This document shows, piece after piece, positions 59,181 through 64,000 of a stretch of DNA of 64,000 nt. Source of the stretch: an uncultured Gammaproteobacteria bacterium (GTDB lineage Bacteria > Patescibacteriota > Patescibacteriia > CAYZDG01); the NCBI GenBank assembly GCA_964536515.1, contig CAZHXI010000005.1, forward strand, positions 2,178 to 66,177. Reading direction: 5' to 3'. The position numbers were made by a program, and so were the translations under genes. The notes beneath the pieces were generated by a model. The model had not been told where the DNA came from. It made no database searches and saw only the letters and a list, made by a program, of their open reading frames with translations. The stretch's first letter is position 1. Each line of letters begins with the position of its first letter.

Positions 59181-60206
59181 CTACAGCATTACGTGCGCCC
59201 GGGCAACCTCCTCGGTAATCTGGCCCTCCCCCAGCAGACGCTTAACGTCCTGCTCCAGGGTGAACATGCCGTCCTCGGCGCTCGTCTGAATGGTGGTCTT
59301 AATCTGCGGAATTTTGTTCTCGCGAATGAGGTTGGAGATGGCCGGGGTATTTATGAGCACCTCACGGGCGGCAATGCGGCCCCCTCCGGCCTTGGGTACC
59401 AGCCGCTGCGAGATGATGGCGTTCAGGCTCATGGAGAGCTGCAGCCGAACCTGGGGCTGCTGGTACGGCGGGAAAACGTCCACGATGCGGTCTATGGTCT
59501 GGCTGGCGTTGTGGGTGTGCAGCGTGGCCAGCACCAGGTGGCCGGTCTCGGCCAGCGTGATGGTGGTGGCGATTGTCTCTAGGTCGCGCATCTCGCCGAC
59601 CATGATGACGTTCGGGTCCTGGCGCAAGACGTGCTTGAGGCCAGCCGGGAAGCTGGTGATGTCCGTGCCCAGCTGCCGCTGGCGGATAATTGACTGCTTG
59701 GGCTCGAAGATGAACTCAACCGGGTCCTCCAACGTTACAATGTTGGCCGCCCGCTCGTTGTTGATGGTCTCGATCATGCTGGCCAAGCTGGTGCTCTTGC
59801 CGCAGCCGGTGGGGCCGGTAACCAGAACCAAGCCCTGATCTACCCGCAGCAGGTCTGCCACCAGCGGCGGCATGGTCAGCTCCTCCAGCGTGGGGATGTG
59901 CGGCGGAATGACGCGCGCCACCAGGCCGACGTGGCCACGCTCCCAGTGCAGGTTCACACGGAACCGTGCGCCGTCGCGTAGCTCGTAGGAGATATCCAGG
60001 TCACGGTCCGCCTCGAATGCCTGCTGCTGGGTGCCGGTGAGCAGGCTGTACACCAGGTCGTGCGTCTGCGGCGCGCCCAGGGGCTCGGCGTGGTCCAGGG
60101 GCAGCAGCTCGCCATCCACGCGCACCATGGGCGGCCGGCCCACGCACAGGTGAATATCCGAAGCCTTGGCGGCAATGGCAGCTGTGAAGATTTCGTCTAA
60201 CGTCAT
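59181..60206 (-). CDS. pilT: type IV pilus retraction ATPase PilT
   Basis: Walker A GPTGCGKST; Asp box, His box and RQDPNVIMVGEMRD motifs; the ORF begins at 60254, probable Met at MTLDEIF. Confidence 0.85.
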   Translation of the reverse strand: MTLDEIFTAAIAAKASDIHLCVGRPPMVRVDGELLPLDHAEPLGAPQTHDLVYSLLTGTQQQAFEADRDLDISYELRDGARFRVNLHWERGHVGLVARVIPPHIPTLEELTMPPLVADLLRVDQGLVLVTGPTGCGKSTSLASMIETINNERAANIVTLEDPVEFIFEPKQSIIRQRQLGTDITSFPAGLKHVLRQDPNVIMVGEMRDLETIATTITLAETGHLVLATLHTHNASQTIDRIVDVFPPYQQPQVRLQLSMSLNAIISQRLVPKAGGGRIAAREVLINTPAISNLIRENKIPQIKTTIQTSAEDGMFTLEQDVKRLLGEGQITEEVARAHVML

Positions 60207-60270
60207 AGCTACAGGATACAGCATGCCGAGCGTGTGAAACAGAAGGGGGCGCACGTTGTGCGCCCCGTTA

Positions 60271-60456
60271 CTAGATCGTAATTCTTCGCCCCATCATTCG
60301 ATCTAGAAATGCAAGGTGAGCTGCTCGCTCGGCGAGCCGCTCAGCATGGCGCTGCCTAATTATCTTATCTACATCCTTTAGGGCCTTCTTACCCTCTGGG
60401 CTCTTTACCCATGCCCGAACTTTCGCCATAAGACGCGCCTTCCTCTTACCTGCCAT
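60271..60456 (-). CDS. small basic protein (61 aa) in a low-GC spacer
   Basis: SD GGAGGT 5 nt upstream; Lys/Arg-rich. Confidence 0.4.
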   Translation of the reverse strand: MAGKRKARLMAKVRAWVKSPEGKKALKDVDKIIRQRHAERLAERAAHLAFLDRMMGRRITI

Positions 60457-60496
60457 GGCATACCTCCTATACTAATGTGCACGGAATAGGTAAACA

Positions 60497-61834
60497 CTAG
60501 CGTCCGCTGGCTCCCCCGACAAGCCGCCCCAACTCCTCGTGCAGCACGGCCCGGTCATCCCACGGCTGCTTGCGGCCGTTCTCCCAGCATATGTACTGCT
60601 CGCTCGCCTTGCCGGTTACAACCACCAAGTCCCCCGCCTGCGCCAGAGCTACCGCCCGCCGGATAGCCAGGCGACGGTCTGGCTCCACCACCACCTCTGC
60701 CCTGCCGCCGACCGTGCCCGCTACCACCTGATCTATTATCTGCTGCGGGTCTTCGTCGTACGGATCTTCGGTGGTAACAATGGCTACGTCGGCGTAGCCA
60801 GCAACCATCTTGCCCAATATTGGCCGCCGAGATGCGTCTCGACCGCCGCCACAAGAACCGAACACGTGGATCACCTTGCCGTGCGGGATGCGGCCGATTG
60901 CTTCCTGCAGCTGCTTCATGCTCTCCGGCTCGGGGGCGTAGTCCACCATGGCGGTAAAGCTCTGCCCCGCCTCGATACGCTCCATGCGCCCGGGCATAGA
61001 CTTGAGCTCGGCCACGCCCACGGCGCAGGCCTCCAAACCCACACCCAATGCTCGACCGACAGCGACCGCTGCCAGGGCATTGTAGACGTTGAACTGGCCG
61101 CCCATGTTCACCTGGAACCGCTGGCCATCTGCGGTAAAGGACGATGACCACGGCTGGATAGATACGTCGGACGCGATCAGATCCATTGGTAGGGGCGAGG
61201 CGCACCTCGCCCCTACAGAATTCACGCCGAACCCGATTCTGTTATCTGCCGGGAACCCCATAAAATACCCGGCGTGCTGGTCGTCCACGTTGGCTACAAT
61301 CACCTTGGGCTGCTTCTTGCCGCCGAGGATCTTACGCGGCATCTGGGTAAGGTGGCGGAACAGCATGCCCTTGGCCTTCTTGTAGTTCTCGAACCCGCCG
61401 TGCCGCTCGATGTGCTCGGGCGTTAGATTGGTGAACACGGCCACGTCGAAGTTTATGCCGCTGTGGCGGTACTGAATTAGCCCCTCGGACGAAATCTCCA
61501 GCACGGCGTAGCGGCAGCCGTTGGCCACCATCTTGCGCATGGTGCGCTGCAGGTGGAACCGGCCGGGGGTGGTAAGCTTCCAGGCGTTAATCCACTCTCG
61601 CTCGCCGTCGTACACGTTGGCGGTAGAAACGAAGCCGACCTTGCCCGCCTGGCCCAGCACCTTGGCGATGTAGTTGACCGTGGTGCTCTTGCCGTTCGTC
61701 CCCGTAACGCCCACTACGATAAGCTGCCGCGACGGGAAGCCGAAGCGCACCGCACCAGCCCACGCCTCCAGCCAGTGGAAGGCGGATACCGCCCACCGGG
61801 GCGAAAGCTTACGCGCAAATGAGACCAGGCCCAT
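60497..61834 (-). CDS. Mur ligase family protein (MurE/MurF-like)
   Basis: GVTGTNGKSTT P-loop; DxxPE and Mur ligase middle and C-terminal domains. Confidence 0.7.
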   Translation of the reverse strand: MGLVSFARKLSPRWAVSAFHWLEAWAGAVRFGFPSRQLIVVGVTGTNGKSTTVNYIAKVLGQAGKVGFVSTANVYDGEREWINAWKLTTPGRFHLQRTMRKMVANGCRYAVLEISSEGLIQYRHSGINFDVAVFTNLTPEHIERHGGFENYKKAKGMLFRHLTQMPRKILGGKKQPKVIVANVDDQHAGYFMGFPADNRIGFGVNSVGARCASPLPMDLIASDVSIQPWSSSFTADGQRFQVNMGGQFNVYNALAAVAVGRALGVGLEACAVGVAELKSMPGRMERIEAGQSFTAMVDYAPEPESMKQLQEAIGRIPHGKVIHVFGSCGGGRDASRRPILGKMVAGYADVAIVTTEDPYDEDPQQIIDQVVAGTVGGRAEVVVEPDRRLAIRRAVALAQAGDLVVVTGKASEQYICWENGRKQPWDDRAVLHEELGRLVGGASGR

Positions 61835-62397
61835 ATATCCGCTCTACCCTAGCACCGGTACATTTTTCAGACAAAAGAGAAAGCCCGCGCGAACGGGGCT
61901 TTCTGGTTGTTGGGTCAACTCTCTCGAGTGCACAATTGTTCAGAGCAGCTGCCTCGGTACAGAGTTGCGCTTTGTTCGGCTCGTGTGCTAGTTGCTGCTC
62001 GTCAACGAGGTACCATCTCGGGTACGCATGTTTGGCTCCTTACCTGCGAAGCAGGCAGCTGTACGGTTCTGCTGTAATCGTCCCCAATTTGAGACCGATG
62101 CTAATGGCTCAAGAGTATACCCAGGTCTAACGTTCGACAATGGGGTGGTGGGAGGCGCTTCGCGCGCCCCCCACGATTGTTCGCCACGTTAAGTGGCGGG
62201 CCAGCGGTCGTTCTCTGAACGCAGGCTCTAAGTCTTTCGTCTTTGACCTAGGAGCTGCTGTCGAAACGACGGCTGGCGGCTTGCAACTGAAGCATGGTCT
62301 TTCTCCTGAAACGGTGAACCTTGCTTGTACCCGCCTACGAGGACGGTACGAACAATCTAGCTCCCACCGTGGAGTCCGTCAATATGGAAAAACTAGC

Positions 62398-63126
62398 CTA
62401 GCTCGATGCCAGTATCTTCTCGGCCGTGGTTATATCCTCCGGCCGACCGAAGTCCTGCCAGTAGTCGTCCAGCGGTACTACCTTCATCTGCCCCGCCTCG
62501 GCCAAAGCCTGCACCGCATCGGTCAGCTCGTACTCGCCCCGGAGCGAAACCTGCTGCGGCAGCACGTCGAACACACGGGGGGTAAATCGGTACAACCCGG
62601 CGTTAATGCGATCTCCCAAGAATTCAGACGGCTTCTCGACTATCTTGGTCACCGTGCCAGATTCGTCGGATAGCACCACGCCGTAGCGCTCGGGGTGGGG
62701 ATGCGTGAGCGTGGCGATGTAGCTGCTGCCAGCCGGAGCGGCGATGACCTTCTGCAGGTCGCGAACCGAGAACAGGTTGTCGCCGTACACCGCCAGGAAC
62801 TCCCGGTCGCCTACCTCGGGCTTCGCCGCCTCCATTGCCAGCGCCGTGCCGTACCGCTCCTCGCCCAGGCGCTGGAACTGGTTGACCAGCTTCACGTTGA
62901 AGGCGGGGCCGTGCATCTGCACAAACTCCTCCATGGCTGGGAAGTGGTGCCCGCCCACGACCACGATCTCCTGGATACCGGCCTGCTGCAGCCGGTCCAG
63001 CAGGTAGAACAAAAAGGGCTGGCCGTTCACCTCTATCAGGTGCTTGGGCTTGGCCCCGGCGAGATCACCCATGCGGGTGCCCCGGCCGGCGGCGGCGACT
63101 ACGGCAACGGTGACGTTGTTTGGCAT
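62398..63126 (-). CDS. sugar-phosphate nucleotidyltransferase (glucose-1-phosphate thymidylyl/uridylyltransferase-like)
   Basis: AAGRGTRMGDLAGAKPKHL matches the G.G.R..P...PK motif. Confidence 0.8.
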   Translation of the reverse strand: MPNNVTVAVVAAAGRGTRMGDLAGAKPKHLIEVNGQPFLFYLLDRLQQAGIQEIVVVGGHHFPAMEEFVQMHGPAFNVKLVNQFQRLGEERYGTALAMEAAKPEVGDREFLAVYGDNLFSVRDLQKVIAAPAGSSYIATLTHPHPERYGVVLSDESGTVTKIVEKPSEFLGDRINAGLYRFTPRVFDVLPQQVSLRGEYELTDAVQALAEAGQMKVVPLDDYWQDFGRPEDITTAEKILASS

Positions 63127-63202
63127 ACCGGGAACCTTACCAAAACCATGTAGAGACGCAATGCATTGCGTCTCTACCCCAAAATCGAACGCCGCCGCCG
63201 TT

Positions 63203-64000
63203 CTACGCCCTACCCCTCAACCTTCGATACATTCTGTAGAGGTGGTACCAGCCCGGCTGCTGCACCAGATCGTACGCACCAACGTACTCCTCGGCGTAGC
63301 CACCGAAGCCCTCCTTGAAGCGGGTGAAGCCGGCCCACGGGTGCCTGGGCTGGTTGGCTGGCGCTATGCCCCAGAAGTCGTAGTAGCGGTAGCCCAGCTC
63401 GCGGGCATTGAGCGCCATGCGCCACTGCAACAGGTGGGGTGCCATCAGGTGCTTGAAGGCGGGGTCGCTGGCGCCGTGGACGTATGTAACGGTGTCGCCC
63501 CAGTGGACCGAGATGGCAGCGGCCAGCGGCGGCTCACCCTCCTGGCCAGCCACCCACAGCTCGGCTGCGGGGTTGCCGTTCTCGCCGTCTAGCATTCGCA
63601 GCATCCGTCGGTAGTGGGCCTCGTCGTGCAGGCTGAAGCCGTGACGATCGGCGGTGAGGGCGGCGAGCCGCGTGAACGTAGCGATCCCACGATCGCTGTT
63701 CTCCTCACGCCACGCCGTAATGCTGTGGCGCTCTGCCAGGCCAATGTTGTAGCGGGTCTTGGGGTGCATCTTGGCTAGAAGCTGCTGCGGCTCGTTGGCG
63801 AGGTCTAGCACCTGCGTCCGCGCCGGCTGCACGCTGCCCGCTGGCACCATGCTCAATGAGCGGAGCATGCCGGCGGCGCTCGGCGGCACGGCGGGCTCCA
63901 GCCTTACCGCCAGCTCTAGCCGCGGCGTTGCCTCGGCTATCCTGCGGCAGCCACCTAAGATTGTTGCAATCGCCTCGCGCCTCGCGTTGATAGGCCACTC
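63203..64000 (-). CDS. FemAB-family peptidyltransferase (partial; N-terminus beyond the window end)
   Basis: KTRYNIGLAE motif and GNAT-like C-terminal half; the ORF continues upstream past 63889. Confidence 0.55.
   Translation of the reverse strand, partial: EWPINARREAIATILGGCRRIAEATPRLELAVRLEPAVPPSAAGMLRSLSMVPAGSVQPARTQVLDLANEPQQLLAKMHPKTRYNIGLAERHSITAWREENSDRGIATFTRLAALTADRHGFSLHDEAHYRRMLRMLDGENGNPAAELWVAGQEGEPPLAAAISVHWGDTVTYVHGASDPAFKHLMAPHLLQWRMALNARELGYRYYDFWGIAPANQPRHPWAGFTRFKEGFGGYAEEYVGAYDLVQQPGWYHLYRMYRRLRGRA

Overview
This is a high-GC (~65%) bacterial chromosomal window with a low-GC accessory flavour. The gene content and the cohesin/dockerin and pilus genes suggest a CPR/Patescibacteria-like or other reduced lineage, but that is unproven.

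Housekeeping genes are interspersed throughout: a FabH-like ketosynthase, two P-type ATPases (one a CopA copper pump in a metal operon), TspO, a GH3 glycosidase, GAF and PAS sensor proteins, an M23 peptidase, QueA, Tgt, ProS, YchF, TsaD, TsaE, ValS, PyrF, a glutamine-synthetase-family enzyme, a GalE-like epimerase, an SDR, PilT, a Mur ligase, a sugar nucleotidyltransferase and a partial FemAB-like protein. There are four tRNAs (Asn-GTT, Glu-TTC, Lys-CTT, Arg-TCG).

The most notable content is two long minus-strand operons of giant secreted or membrane-anchored proteins. Each contains a triad of one dockerin-bearing protein followed by a small and a large cohesin-like, C-terminally anchored protein (22799-26246 and 38944-43802). 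The first locus also carries a WxL-like trio (26138-31828). The second is directly co-operonic with tatA-tatA-tatC, a Tat-signal protein and a signal-less 944-aa beta-repeat protein (43840-48977).

Other unusual items are: a histidine-phosphatase (PGAM-like) domain inserted into ValS; a 56-nt poly-C tract encoding a poly-Gly linker just upstream of a dockerin; a partial duplication of the tRNA-Asn 3' end; a low-GC GIY-YIG nuclease gene abutting tRNA-Glu; and several low-GC non-coding pockets that may hold ncRNAs.

All calls are based on reading the translated ORFs and the sequence directly; no database searches were run.
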